Below are positions 1-9,405 of a stretch of 32,000 bases of DNA, piece after piece. Numbering within the stretch: position 1 is the first letter of the stretch; every line of letters begins with the position of its first letter. The translations under genes and the position numbers were made by a program. The notes below the pieces were generated by a model, which saw only the letters and a program-made list of their open reading frames with translations, did not search any database and had not been told where the DNA came from. The DNA is taken from NCBI RefSeq assembly GCF_000018105.1, contig NC_009925.1, positions 3,150,001 to 3,182,000 on the forward strand, in the 5' to 3' direction. This DNA is from Acaryochloris marina MBIC11017 (GTDB taxonomy: Bacteria; Cyanobacteriota; Cyanobacteriia; Thermosynechococcales; Thermosynechococcaceae).

Positions 1-1
1 T

Positions 2-328
2 AAGCCAGAAGAACAAGAACCCATGCGGGTCCAAGTGGCTGAATCCTTGGTGGCGGTGATTGCCCAATCTCTCGTACGAACCACCGATGGCAAACGAGCG
101 GCGATTCATGAAATCATGATTAACACCGATGCCATTAAGGACTACATCCTACGCGGTGATGTAGAAGAAGTCGAGGCGATGATTCCACAATGTAGTTATG
201 ACGGCATGATTACGATGAATCAGTGTCTGCATAATCTCTACGAGGAAGGCCGCATTGATGAAGAAACGGCTCTGGAAATGTCTCCCAAGCCGAATGAAAT
301 GGCTCAAATCCTAAGAGGACGTATCTAG
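2..328 (+). CDS. pilT: Type IV pilus retraction ATPase PilT/PilU, C-terminal fragment (gene starts upstream of the window)
   Basis: The reading frame is open from the window edge. The translated tail (AQSLVRTTDGKRAAIHEIMINTDAIKDYILRG...YDGMITMNQCL..LYEEGRI) matches the conserved C-terminal region of PilT-family ATPases. Confidence 0.8.
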   Translation, partial: KPEEQEPMRVQVAESLVAVIAQSLVRTTDGKRAAIHEIMINTDAIKDYILRGDVEEVEAMIPQCSYDGMITMNQCLHNLYEEGRIDEETALEMSPKPNEMAQILRGRI

Positions 329-390
329 CCAGCATTGGAGAGGTTTGTTATAAGGTATCTGATAGGTCTCTGGTCTAACATGGACTGCTT

Positions 391-1209
391 GTGACTACTT
401 TGCGATCGCAACCTCTCCCCTTTCTATATAAAGGTCTCGCCCTGTTTACACCGGGGGGAGACCTCATTTATTGTGTCGATCCCAGCAAACAAGGCCATTG
501 GCATTTCCAGCTTTGTCAGGCCTTGCAAACGTTGCTGCATTTGCCAGAACCGCCCCTCTTTCTTGTTCCCTGCTATACGGCAACCTTAGATCGGTGGTTA
601 CATCCTCATACTCAACAGCTGCAAGTTTCAGCTGAAGCCTATCCTCTTGTGTGGCGATATCGCAGTTTGCTTAATGTGCTCTTTGGGTTGTCGGCAGAGC
701 ATTGGCATATGATATCGACCCCAGTGGAAACCTGTGATGCAGCCGTTCTCAATAGCTATAAACAGCAGTTTCCACAGCTGTGGAAAAATCATAATTTAGT
801 GATTCGGTTAGATCAGGTTTCAATGAGTGCTAGTCCTAACGTTGATGCTCTGGATCCTGAACAGATAGATCCAGTTAAACCAATGAATCCTGTGGAGACT
901 TTACAGGTTAGCGCATCGGAGGCGGATGTGTCTCAAGGCTATGTTTTGCGCCTATTTGTCGCTAGCCAGAATACCCGCACGAAAAGTATTTTAGAAAATC
1001 TACATCAGCTCCTCGATCAAGTGTTAGATGTCCCCTATACCTTGAAAGTGATTGATGTAGTGAAACACCCTGAGCGCGCAGAAGCGGATCAAATTTCAGC
1101 GACTCCCACTTTGGTTAAAGTTTGGCCACAGCCAGTACGAAGACTGGTGGGTGATCAATTAGAAACGGATAATGTGTTGCAATTGCTGGATGCTATAGAA
1201 ACCCGCTAG
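391..1209 (+). CDS. KaiB-domain protein with a ~180-aa N-terminal extension of unknown function
   Basis: The C-terminal ~90 aa (nt ~937-1206) read YVLRLFVASQNTRTKSILENLHQLL..YTLKVIDVVKHPERAEADQISATPTLVKVWPQPVRRLVGD. This aligns nearly residue for residue with the canonical KaiB thioredoxin-like fold. I do not recognise the N-terminal 182 aa. GTG start, 62 nt after the pilT stop. Confidence 0.75.
   Translation: MTTLRSQPLPFLYKGLALFTPGGDLIYCVDPSKQGHWHFQLCQALQTLLHLPEPPLFLVPCYTATLDRWLHPHTQQLQVSAEAYPLVWRYRSLLNVLFGLSAEHWHMISTPVETCDAAVLNSYKQQFPQLWKNHNLVIRLDQVSMSASPNVDALDPEQIDPVKPMNPVETLQVSASEADVSQGYVLRLFVASQNTRTKSILENLHQLLDQVLDVPYTLKVIDVVKHPERAEADQISATPTLVKVWPQPVRRLVGDQLETDNVLQLLDAIETR
402..409. repeat. 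HIP1 octamer GCGATCGC (representative copy)
   Basis: Exact copies found by eye start at 402, 1608, 3005, 5435, 7719, 7929, 10120, 10476, 11400, 11991, 12131, 14880, 15931, 16426, 16834 and 27391. Confidence 0.9.
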
Positions 1210-1272
1210 AAAAACTGATTTGTGGATGGTGTTTCAAGAAGATTAAATCCCTGAAATCTAGAGATAAGTCAT

Positions 1273-1295
1273 TCCCTACAAATATAGGGATTTTT
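1273..1295 (+). terminator. Putative rho-independent terminator after the KaiB-domain gene
   Basis: tcccta-caaata-taggga stem-loop followed by ttttt. The stem is short and AT-rich, so this is a weak call. Confidence 0.4.
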
Positions 1296-1405
1296 GAAGA
1301 ATTCAAATTTGTAGATTTATTGGATTCAAATAGTCTACAAATACGCTTTATTCACAATGGGTCTTCTGATACACTGGCTCGGCAGGGATAGGGATTCGCG
1401 CAGCT

Positions 1406-2134
1406 GTGACCTTGGATTGGATCTTTTTTGATTGCTTTAATACCCTCATTGATGATTTTGATCAAACGGGGGAAGAACTAGCCCTTCTTCCTGTCTATTC
1501 GCTGCCTGCTGAGGTCGGCTTATATACGTCTGCAGCTGAATTTCGACAACATTATCATGCTTGGCGAAATCGCCAATGGCAGTCTGAACATCGTGAAATC
1601 GAGATGGGCGATCGCTACCAGGCTGTACTACAAGAAAAAGTACCATCCATGTCTTTGGCAGAGCTGGGAAAAATAACGACAGAAATGGTTGCTCGGTTTC
1701 AAGCTTGTTATCAACAGTCGTTGCGTTTACCAGATGGTGTTAAAGACATGCTGGAATTTTGGCATGGGCGGGTACGGCTGGGTGTGGTTTCCAACTTTTA
1801 TATTCAAGGTTGGCCCACGGAGCTGCTAGAGAGTTTTGGATTACGGTCTTATTTCGATTTTGTGGTGGATAGTGCAGCCTGTGGTTGGCGTAAACCGGGA
1901 CCCCATATCTATGAACTGGCCTGCGATGTCGCAAAAGTCTCTCCAGTGGATCGCCACAAGATTTTGTTTGTAGGTGATCATCTCTTGAATGATGTGTTGG
2001 CGCCTCAAGAGTTAGGAATGCAGGGTCTCTTTTTTGATCGTTCCCAGGTCCGCCCTACCTATGCGCCTTCGAAAGAAGGCGTGAACTGTATTACTGAGTG
2101 GAATCAATTTCGGGCTGATTTCTGCATAAATTAA
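1406..2134 (+). CDS. HAD-superfamily hydrolase
   Basis: Motif I is FFDCFNTL (nucleophile Asp). A conserved Lys sits in WRKPGP. Motif IV is VGDHLLNDV. GTG start. Confidence 0.8.
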   Translation: MTLDWIFFDCFNTLIDDFDQTGEELALLPVYSLPAEVGLYTSAAEFRQHYHAWRNRQWQSEHREIEMGDRYQAVLQEKVPSMSLAELGKITTEMVARFQACYQQSLRLPDGVKDMLEFWHGRVRLGVVSNFYIQGWPTELLESFGLRSYFDFVVDSAACGWRKPGPHIYELACDVAKVSPVDRHKILFVGDHLLNDVLAPQELGMQGLFFDRSQVRPTYAPSKEGVNCITEWNQFRADFCIN

Positions 2135-2151
2135 GAAAGTTAGATTTGAGT

Positions 2152-4512
2152 CTAGTTGAAGAATTCTTCTAATTTTGTTAAGTCAGCTTTAGCTTTGTCC
2201 GGATGCCCCATATCGAAGTAAATCTCTGCTCGTGATTCATAGGCCCATGCATTGTTTGGATCGATGGAAAGGACTAAGTTTAAGTCTTTAAGTGCTTCTG
2301 GGTAACGTTCTTGCTGCTGGTATAGCAGCGCTCTCTTCATTAAAGTGTCAGTATTCTGAGGCTTGATTTTTAAAGCTGTGTTGTAGTCCTGAAGTGCACC
2401 ATTGTGGTCACCCATATTTTGTTTTGCGTTGCTTCTTCTCATCAAAGCTTCAATATTTTCTGGATTTTGCTTGATTTCTTGCGTGGCTTTAGCAATTTTG
2501 GGCAACCACCGTATCTCGTTTCCTTTTTGGCGATCTGCTTTAGCTTGATTGAGGTTTCCCGCTAATTGATGAGCTTGGCTGCGAAGATAGTATGACTCAA
2601 AGGTGTTAGGGAATTGATTTATAACCAAGTTTGCATCCGCAATACTGCCCTCTATGTCTTGGAGAGCTAATCTTGCGTACCCTCGCCTCAGATAAGCTGT
2701 TGAATCATGTGGATTGTTCTGAATTTTTTGGGTTTCTGTCTTGATTTCCTGACGCAAGGATGCTTTATTTTGCTGAGATGCATATTGTTTGAAGTTTTCT
2801 ACAGACCGGCGAAATTGGGCTTCGCGTTTCTGAGATTCTGATTTTCCTAGGTCTTGAACAATCGCTTCAAGTTGACGTGGCGAGAATAATGAGTAAATTC
2901 CTCCACCAATTCCGACCACTAAACACAAAAGATAAATGATCGATAATCCTATGCGTGATAGCCAAGGTGCAGTCTCAGTCCGCTGCAGTTCAAGGATGCC
3001 AGATGCGATCGCTTTTTTCTGAGCATAGGAAAGTTCGGGTGTGTCCTTCAATTTGGTAAAAATAAGCTGGGCTGCAGCTGCTTCATCTGGCTCAGGTATC
3101 TTTCGTAAGTCTTGTCGTAATTCAGACCTCCAGCGAGCTATCTTAAAACTTGCTGGAATAGATGCTGCAATGACGATACTGAAGATCAACATCAGTGGAT
3201 TTGATAATCCCAGTAAACAGAGCACTAATGCGCCAAAGCTTTTGTACATGCAACCCAGATAAGGATTGCGTGAAAAGACCAATAAGTCTGCAATTTGACC
3301 ACCATCTAAGGGATAAATAGGCAAGAGATTAAATAGATTTAAAATAATTAATATAATGCTTGTTTCTTTCCAAATACTTTCATTCCAATTGCTGAAAAAA
3401 CTGGTAGATTCCTGACTAAAATTACCGACGATCGCGATACCGAGTCCTAGAATAAGTCCTGGTAATGGACCTGCTAGAGAAATCCAAAACTTTTCTGTGA
3501 GCGAAGCATTCTCTTTGCGGGCTGTAGCTAATGCCCCTAAGAAAGGGATAAATAAAACGGAGGGTGCGCTATAACCAAATAGCAGCATTGCTAGTAGGTG
3601 CCCTCCCTCATGTAGGATAATTGCACCAATAAAAATAAGTAACGCTATGGGTTCAAATTGAGTTGCAAAACTTGCTGTAAATGCAGCGAGCGATGCAAGA
3701 ACTATCCATTTTGATTGACCTTTAGTCTCAGCTGTTTTTGATGCTCTTGACTCTAGAAATGTCTGGACTTCATACTCAACCTGAGTATTTTGATTAATTG
3801 TAGGAGTCGTTCTGTTATCTTTTGGTGAAAACCAATTTTCCAATACAATTTTTATGGCAAGTCGGACAGCATTTTTAAAAGAGTGACGATAGGTCTTTCC
3901 TTCTTCTATCCAATGGAAGTTGCCACTATTCACACAAAAGGTGATATGAGCTTTGTAGTGTTCCATTAGCTTGGTATGAAAAGCGTCAGGTTCTAAAGCT
4001 ATGGGAGAAACGGTACTCTTACTAAGCTGAGAATTGTGAGCCTGAAATAAATCATTTATGGAAGCATGGACCAGATTTTGCTTTATTTCACTGGGAAAAG
4101 GCTTAAAAGAACCATAGTTTTTGGCATTAGTTGTAAATAAAGCAGTACTATCCTGTAAGAAAGTAACCATCTCAACAATGCTAGTTTGTTGCATCTCACA
4201 AAAAGGTTGCAGGGCAAATAAACTGCAATATTTTGAAGAAGTTGGGTCTTGAAAGCGTAATTCCCATGCAGGTGGTTCGTTTTGGGTTATAAAAATATGA
4301 TAGTAACTAATAAGTTTGAAATTTAAGCTCTGCAACTCCTGTATGTAATCCTGGAGTGCCTCACGAATGATTGGAGGTAATTCTTCTGGATCTGCAAGCT
4401 CAAATTGTGGGCATGTTTGAATGCTCTGTGTGCCTTTATAGCTGGCATAAGCGATCCAAGCTAGAAAAAAGATCAAGCCAACAAATAGTGCTAAGGCTAT
4501 ATCGGACAGCAT
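2152..4512 (-). CDS. M50-family (site-2 protease-like) membrane zinc metallopeptidase fused to C-terminal TPR repeats
   Basis: The HExxH motif is present (ILHEGGHLLAM), as is the second M50 signature NLLPIYPLDGG, inside a multi-TM core. The C-terminal ~230 aa show repeated TPR-like A..Y..RA......G....A..D patterns. The N-terminal ~280 aa are unassigned. ATG start at 4512. Confidence 0.8.
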   Translation of the reverse strand: MLSDIALALFVGLIFFLAWIAYASYKGTQSIQTCPQFELADPEELPPIIREALQDYIQELQSLNFKLISYYHIFITQNEPPAWELRFQDPTSSKYCSLFALQPFCEMQQTSIVEMVTFLQDSTALFTTNAKNYGSFKPFPSEIKQNLVHASINDLFQAHNSQLSKSTVSPIALEPDAFHTKLMEHYKAHITFCVNSGNFHWIEEGKTYRHSFKNAVRLAIKIVLENWFSPKDNRTTPTINQNTQVEYEVQTFLESRASKTAETKGQSKWIVLASLAAFTASFATQFEPIALLIFIGAIILHEGGHLLAMLLFGYSAPSVLFIPFLGALATARKENASLTEKFWISLAGPLPGLILGLGIAIVGNFSQESTSFFSNWNESIWKETSIILIILNLFNLLPIYPLDGGQIADLLVFSRNPYLGCMYKSFGALVLCLLGLSNPLMLIFSIVIAASIPASFKIARWRSELRQDLRKIPEPDEAAAAQLIFTKLKDTPELSYAQKKAIASGILELQRTETAPWLSRIGLSIIYLLCLVVGIGGGIYSLFSPRQLEAIVQDLGKSESQKREAQFRRSVENFKQYASQQNKASLRQEIKTETQKIQNNPHDSTAYLRRGYARLALQDIEGSIADANLVINQFPNTFESYYLRSQAHQLAGNLNQAKADRQKGNEIRWLPKIAKATQEIKQNPENIEALMRRSNAKQNMGDHNGALQDYNTALKIKPQNTDTLMKRALLYQQQERYPEALKDLNLVLSIDPNNAWAYESRAEIYFDMGHPDKAKADLTKLEEFFN

Positions 4513-4917
4513 ATCAATAACAGAAAAAAGTGAGGAAGGATAAAATTCTCTAGAGAGACCTAACTTAGTTTTCCCAGCTATTCTTTTTAGAAAGCATTTA
4601 TAGATGCTTTTTATAACTCATACTAGATTGATGGTTATCGATGTTAATATTTGTCAGATTTTTTTGATCGAATGCTGATAGACTTTTGAAGTTTTATAGA
4701 TCTTCTGTTATTTATTGATCCACATTATTATGTGGTGAGTCTTACTATTCTGGCTTGAGTAGTTGGTATTTGAAAAGGCTTAAGAATGAGATCTGATGAT
4801 CTAAATCAATAGTTTGTTATCAGCATTGTTCTGGTGGGGGAAAGGTAGAGTTGGAAGGTCTCTGATCACTAAGGTCTTTATCCTAGATTTATAAGTGGTT
4901 GTGATAGTCTATCTGGA

Positions 4918-6000
4918 TTGACGTGTGCCTGGGAGTTAACTGTGGAGAAATTGCGAGTCGGTTTAGTGTTTGGGGGATGTTCGGGAGAGCATGAAGTATC
5001 CATTACCTCAGCGAAAGCCGTTTGCGGTGCACTTCAAACTGCGCCTAATCCCGATAAGTATGAGGTGATTCCCTTTTACATCCATAAAAATGGGTGTTGG
5101 CAAGCGGGGGAAGTGGCGAATCAAGTTTTAGAAATGGGGAAACCTCAAGATCAAGCGGAAGAAGGCAGTCGATGGCATTTTCCTGAGGCGGCAGCTTCTA
5201 TCGATGTCTGGTTTCCGATCTTGCATGGCCCCAATGGGGAAGATGGCACGATTCAGGGGCTATTGCAATTGATGCAAGTGCCTTATGTGGGTTCTGGCGT
5301 GTTGGGTTCGGCAGCGGGCATGGATAAGATTGCCATGAAAACCGTGTTTGCAGCGGCGGGATTGCCTCAGGTGAAGTATGAGTCTGTGACTCGGGAGCAG
5401 GTCTGGTCTGATCCTTGTGTGTTTAAGCAAGTGTGCGATCGCATCGATGAAACCATTGGCTATCCCAACTTCGTTAAGCCCGCCAACCTCGGATCGTCCG
5501 TGGGCATTTCTAAGGTTCGATCTCGGCTGGAACTAGAAGCGGCTCTAGATAGTGCTGCTTCCTTTGATCGCCGCATTGTTGTAGAAGCAGGCGTAGTGGC
5601 TCGGGAAGTAGAATGTGCGGTTTTAGGGAATGGCCGACCTCGGGCATCGGTAGTGGGAGAAATTAGCTTTGATAGTGATTTCTACGACTACGAAACGAAA
5701 TATACGGAAGGACGAGCGAGTCTGCAAATTCCAGCCCCATTGCCCGCGGATATCACCGAAAAAATTCAAGAGATGGCAATCAACGCTTTTATTGCAGTCG
5801 ATGCGGCGGGCCTATCGCGGGTAGATTTCTTTTATGTGGAATCTACTGGGGAGGTGTTGATCAATGAAATCAATACCTTGCCTGGGTTTACATCAACCAG
5901 CATGTATCCCATGCTCTGGAGCGTTTCAGGCGTCGATTTTCCCAAATTAGTGGATCGACTGATTCAATTGGCTGTGGAATATCATGCTCCTGCCGATTAG
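4918..6000 (+). CDS. ddl: D-alanine--D-alanine ligase
   Basis: The N-terminus [24 protein letters not shown] and the ATP-grasp body ([26 protein letters not shown]..., [11 protein letters not shown]) are typical of Ddl. The true start may be the GTG at 4942 (VEKLRVG...). Confidence 0.95.
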   Translation: MTCAWELTVEKLRVGLVFGGCSGEHEVSITSAKAVCGALQTAPNPDKYEVIPFYIHKNGCWQAGEVANQVLEMGKPQDQAEEGSRWHFPEAAASIDVWFPILHGPNGEDGTIQGLLQLMQVPYVGSGVLGSAAGMDKIAMKTVFAAAGLPQVKYESVTREQVWSDPCVFKQVCDRIDETIGYPNFVKPANLGSSVGISKVRSRLELEAALDSAASFDRRIVVEAGVVAREVECAVLGNGRPRASVVGEISFDSDFYDYETKYTEGRASLQIPAPLPADITEKIQEMAINAFIAVDAAGLSRVDFFYVESTGEVLINEINTLPGFTSTSMYPMLWSVSGVDFPKLVDRLIQLAVEYHAPAD

Positions 6001-6089
6001 CCCGGTCTGTAAGAAAAACGGTTTTTGGGTGGTGGATGATGATTTGGGATTGATCCGTCAACTGCTTGCTGTCGATTAATTAGATTTTT

Positions 6090-6578
6090 TTGAAAAGCAG
6101 TTTGGGAATAATAGGTATGAAGTCCCAGATTTGCAAACATCTACATACACTCCATCAGATGACTTTTATCAATAATCTTATGACTCTGATTTTTGTTGGA
6201 GTACCCGTTGTAGTGATGGTTTGGATATATTCCTGGGTGTCGAGGGCAGATGTTGTTGAAGGGCAAATCGTTGGGTTCGAGGTGACGACTAACGATGAAG
6301 GTGGCAATCGATTTAAGCCCAAAGTAGTTTACGAAATTGATGGCGAAACCCGAGAATTTACGTCTTCTTGGTCAGCTAATTTTACTGGATTTAGGGTAGG
6401 TGAAACCGTCAAAGTTTTCGTCAGCCGCAATCGTAAACTCACAGTGATTGCGGCTTATATGGAGCTTTATGGCGTACCGATATTCAGTATTGTACTTTTC
6501 CTCTTCCTCCGTTTAGGAGGCTTCATCTATCAATATTCAGATGCGATTTTTTACTTTTTGCATCCTCAATTGGTCTAA
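6090..6578 (+). CDS. DUF3592-like small membrane protein (paralogue 1)
   Basis: Architecture is an N-terminal TM, a beta-rich segment (VVEGQIVGFEV...KPKVVYEIDGETREF...FRVGETVKVFVSRN) and a C-terminal TM. The likely real start is an internal ATG at 6117 or 6159. Confidence 0.6.
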   Translation: MKSSLGIIGMKSQICKHLHTLHQMTFINNLMTLIFVGVPVVVMVWIYSWVSRADVVEGQIVGFEVTTNDEGGNRFKPKVVYEIDGETREFTSSWSANFTGFRVGETVKVFVSRNRKLTVIAAYMELYGVPIFSIVLFLFLRLGGFIYQYSDAIFYFLHPQLV

Positions 6579-6616
6579 TGAATGGACCTTAATTTACATT
6601 CAATAGGTATTTCAGT

Positions 6617-7054
6617 ATGCGGCGTTGGCAAACTCAGACTATTATTGCAGCGTGTATTCTCTTAATGATTGGATCAGGCATCTTTGCCCTGTGGACTTTC
6701 GCTTGGGTTTCATTTGCTACCGTTGTGGATGGTCAAGTGGTGGAGATCATCACTCGCAGAGGTGAAGGTGGAAGATCTTATACTCCTAGGGTGACCTATA
6801 CTCTGGATAATCAAGTACATGACTTTGTTTCCATTATTGGGTCGGCTTATCCGCCTCAATTTGAAGTTGGTGAGTCTGTGAAAGTGGCCGTTAGTCGTAA
6901 CCGTGAACGGGAAGCCATTGGCTCTTTCCTACAATTATATGGAGTACCCACCATTTTGTTTCTGATTGGGCTGCTGCTAGCAGTAGAAATGGCGATTATC
7001 CAGGCTGGTGATCAGCTGCTGTACTTCTTGCATCCCACATTGAAAGACGAGTAG
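6617..7054 (+). CDS. DUF3592-like small membrane protein (paralogue 2)
   Basis: Same architecture as the preceding ORF and alignable to it (VVDGQVVEII...TPRVTYTLDNQVHDF...FEVGESVKVAVSRN...LQLYGVP...LYFLHP). Confidence 0.65.
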   Translation: MRRWQTQTIIAACILLMIGSGIFALWTFAWVSFATVVDGQVVEIITRRGEGGRSYTPRVTYTLDNQVHDFVSIIGSAYPPQFEVGESVKVAVSRNREREAIGSFLQLYGVPTILFLIGLLLAVEMAIIQAGDQLLYFLHPTLKDE

Positions 7055-7081
7055 TTAACTGTGGCATACTTTGCTGCTGAC

Positions 7082-8395
7082 TCAATTGGAGAGCACTATT
7101 TTGCTAGTAGTCGTCAGATTTTGTCGTGTAGGATTAGCCGTGATCAGATCAAAAGTCTTGTTGGTAGTTCCCCAGGACTGCATTAAGTTCTGAAGTAAAG
7201 TTTCTTGTTGAGCTCTGAACTGGTCCACATTACCTTCACCGTTAATGACTGCGAACCAGATGACCCCTTGATTTTTGGTGGGCAAGGCTCCAGCAATGGA
7301 ACTGACACGATTCAAAGTGCCCGACTTCATCACGAATTTTTGGGGGAGAGGGCGTTCGTTATGAACCCCTGGATCAGTGCCGATGACAGCAAAAATATCT
7401 GCAATCGTCATTTCTTGAAGGTGCAATAGGTGAGCAATGGCCTGAAACATGCCGCAGGCTGCTCGGGGTGAGATACGATTGTCGACCCCTAAACCTGAAC
7501 CATTGATTAATTGAATTTCTTGAGACGGAACTCCGGCTTCTTGGGCTGCCATTTGAGCTACCTGGGTAGCACCACCCACATATTCCGCTAGCATTTCGGA
7601 CATGGCGTTGTTGCTGTACTGATTCATTTTTTTAAGCAGCTCAGCTACAGGGAGAGAGCGATGCTGAATCAATGGTTTGACTTGATCAGGGCGTGAGGCT
7701 GCAGTTTGGATGTTGCCTGCGATCGCAACCTCAGGTTTAGCCGTATCAGCTGGCAAGGTTTGGTACTGCGTTTGGGCTTCTGCAGGCCAGCGGGTGTGAT
7801 CGAGTCCCTGCTGTAACAACGTTCCAGACGTAACGGGGTCGGGTTCATAGTTCATGTAAAACGGACCAACCACAATCAAATTGCCGCTAACGTTGCGAAT
7901 CCCGTTTTGATTGAGGAGGTTACCGAGTGCGATCGCATCTTCCCACACAAAAAACGGATCAGCGCCTCCCTCAATCACCAAATCCCCGTTTAGTTCTCCA
8001 TTCTGAAGGGTGCCGATATAGCCAATTTTGGTTTCAAATCGGTGATCGGGGCCTAACTTCTTCAATACGGCTAAGGAGGTAGCGACTTTAGTGATGGAGG
8101 CAGCCGGTAAGGGAATCGTGCCTTGATGGTTGGCGAGTAAGGTGTCTTGAGTTTGAATCCAGACTCCTTGACTCACTGTTGGTGCGCCTAACTGGGATAG
8201 GTATGTTTCGATCTGAGAATTAGCAACGGTTTCAGGATCAGCTAGCCCTAGCTGGAGCGGTGGTGGGGGTTCAGGAACGCTAGAAGTTGGCTCGGGTGAA
8301 GGAGAAGAAGAGGGCTGAATATCTGAGTTAGAGCAACCACTGATGATCAGGCTGAGGGCGATGAATATACAAGCAAGACGTGGGGGGCAGATCAT
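7082..8395 (-). CDS. dacB: D-alanyl-D-alanine carboxypeptidase/endopeptidase, PBP4 (S13) family lipoprotein
   Basis: Lipobox LIISGC. All three serine-PBP motifs are present: SxxK (ASITKV), SxN (YSNNAM) and K(T/S)G (KSGTL). Confidence 0.85.
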   Translation of the reverse strand: MICPPRLACIFIALSLIISGCSNSDIQPSSSPSPEPTSSVPEPPPPLQLGLADPETVANSQIETYLSQLGAPTVSQGVWIQTQDTLLANHQGTIPLPAASITKVATSLAVLKKLGPDHRFETKIGYIGTLQNGELNGDLVIEGGADPFFVWEDAIALGNLLNQNGIRNVSGNLIVVGPFYMNYEPDPVTSGTLLQQGLDHTRWPAEAQTQYQTLPADTAKPEVAIAGNIQTAASRPDQVKPLIQHRSLPVAELLKKMNQYSNNAMSEMLAEYVGGATQVAQMAAQEAGVPSQEIQLINGSGLGVDNRISPRAACGMFQAIAHLLHLQEMTIADIFAVIGTDPGVHNERPLPQKFVMKSGTLNRVSSIAGALPTKNQGVIWFAVINGEGNVDQFRAQQETLLQNLMQSWGTTNKTFDLITANPTRQNLTTTSKIVLSN

Positions 8396-8572
8396 AACGA
8401 GACAAAACTAGCAGTCGGCAATATTCCACATCTTATGATCTGGTTATCTCTTTCAGATTGAATGGATCAATCTATATTGGGGCTGATACGGCTTTGCGGA
8501 ATGCAGCAGGAAACGGTTATCGCTACTCATTGAGTTTGGCGACCTATCCAACACTCAATATGGAGGCCTTTA

Positions 8573-9214
8573 ATGGACCAAGCTTTAGTCTTTGGCAATA
8601 CCTATAGGATTCTTGTGAAGGAACTGTTTGGTACCGAGCTAACCTCAGACTATGGTTTTCTGGATGGAGAAATTGCGATTATAGAGCAATGTTTGCGAGC
8701 AAAATTACCTTTAGCGCTTCGAGAGTACTATCAAGTCCTTGGGCGATTTGATCGGTTGAATACTGCTCACAATCACCTACTGACGTTGGATGAGATGTCG
8801 TTTTCAGGGTCAATGCTGCGGTTTATGGATGAGAATCAATCCGTCTGTACATGGGCCATACATCAAGCAGATTTAAATAAGCCCAATCCTCCTGTTTATC
8901 AAGGAAATCCTATTAGTCATCCTCGCTGGTACGATGAGAAGCTTCAGCTTTCAGAGTTCCTGACTCTCATGATTTACCAACAAGCTGTATGGGGTGGTCT
9001 TGAATTTATTGGCGACCACTGCAATTCATCACGACTCCTGCCTAATCTTGACTCTTCTTGGGTAAAAGTTTTTGACCATGCTGGACTCAGAATATGGAGA
9101 CATGAAGGAATGCTGATATCGAATTTACGAGATGATGATTGTTGCATCTGTGCCACTGAGCATCCATCAAGCTTTGAATACCTTTTACAAGAGTTAGGTT
9201 TTGAGCCGCAATAG
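8573..9214 (+). CDS. SMI1/KNR4 (SUKH-superfamily)-like protein
   Basis: The N-terminal pattern EIAIIEQCLRAKLPLALREYYQVLG resembles the SUKH/SMI1_KNR4 signature. A GGAGG sits 7 nt upstream of the ATG. The family call is from memory only. Confidence 0.5.
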   Translation: MDQALVFGNTYRILVKELFGTELTSDYGFLDGEIAIIEQCLRAKLPLALREYYQVLGRFDRLNTAHNHLLTLDEMSFSGSMLRFMDENQSVCTWAIHQADLNKPNPPVYQGNPISHPRWYDEKLQLSEFLTLMIYQQAVWGGLEFIGDHCNSSRLLPNLDSSWVKVFDHAGLRIWRHEGMLISNLRDDDCCICATEHPSSFEYLLQELGFEPQ

Positions 9215-9405
9215 AGGGGGTCACTTCAAGTGCGGTCCATCAAGATCAGAATTTAAAAATTGCAACTTTGAGAGCCATCATGAAAGTGGCTCAATTGTCT
9301 GAAGACGACCTGCATTAAGGTTGAACGGATAGACCACAAGTTTAATACTCAAGACTGTAAGGCTTGTGATGGCAGAAGTGTGATCCAAGACGGACAAGGT
9401 AATAG

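Noticed and set aside
1446-1934. Two antisense ORFs inside the HAD hydrolase gene (the same applies to 3041-3262 in M50, 7205-7429 in dacB, 9800-10059 in AAC(3), 28692-29054 in prohibitin and 27037-27258 in the UPF0104 gene)
   Set aside because: All are embedded opposite or out of frame in ORFs with clear family motifs.
4513-4917. Small hairpins (aaagcat-ttatag-atgcttt at 4591-4610; ccacat-tatt-atgtgg at 4720-4735) in the long M50/ddl intergenic region as sRNA terminators
   Set aside because: The stems are short and AT-rich, nothing upstream needs terminating, and chance is a sufficient explanation. I note it only as an unusually long divergent promoter region.
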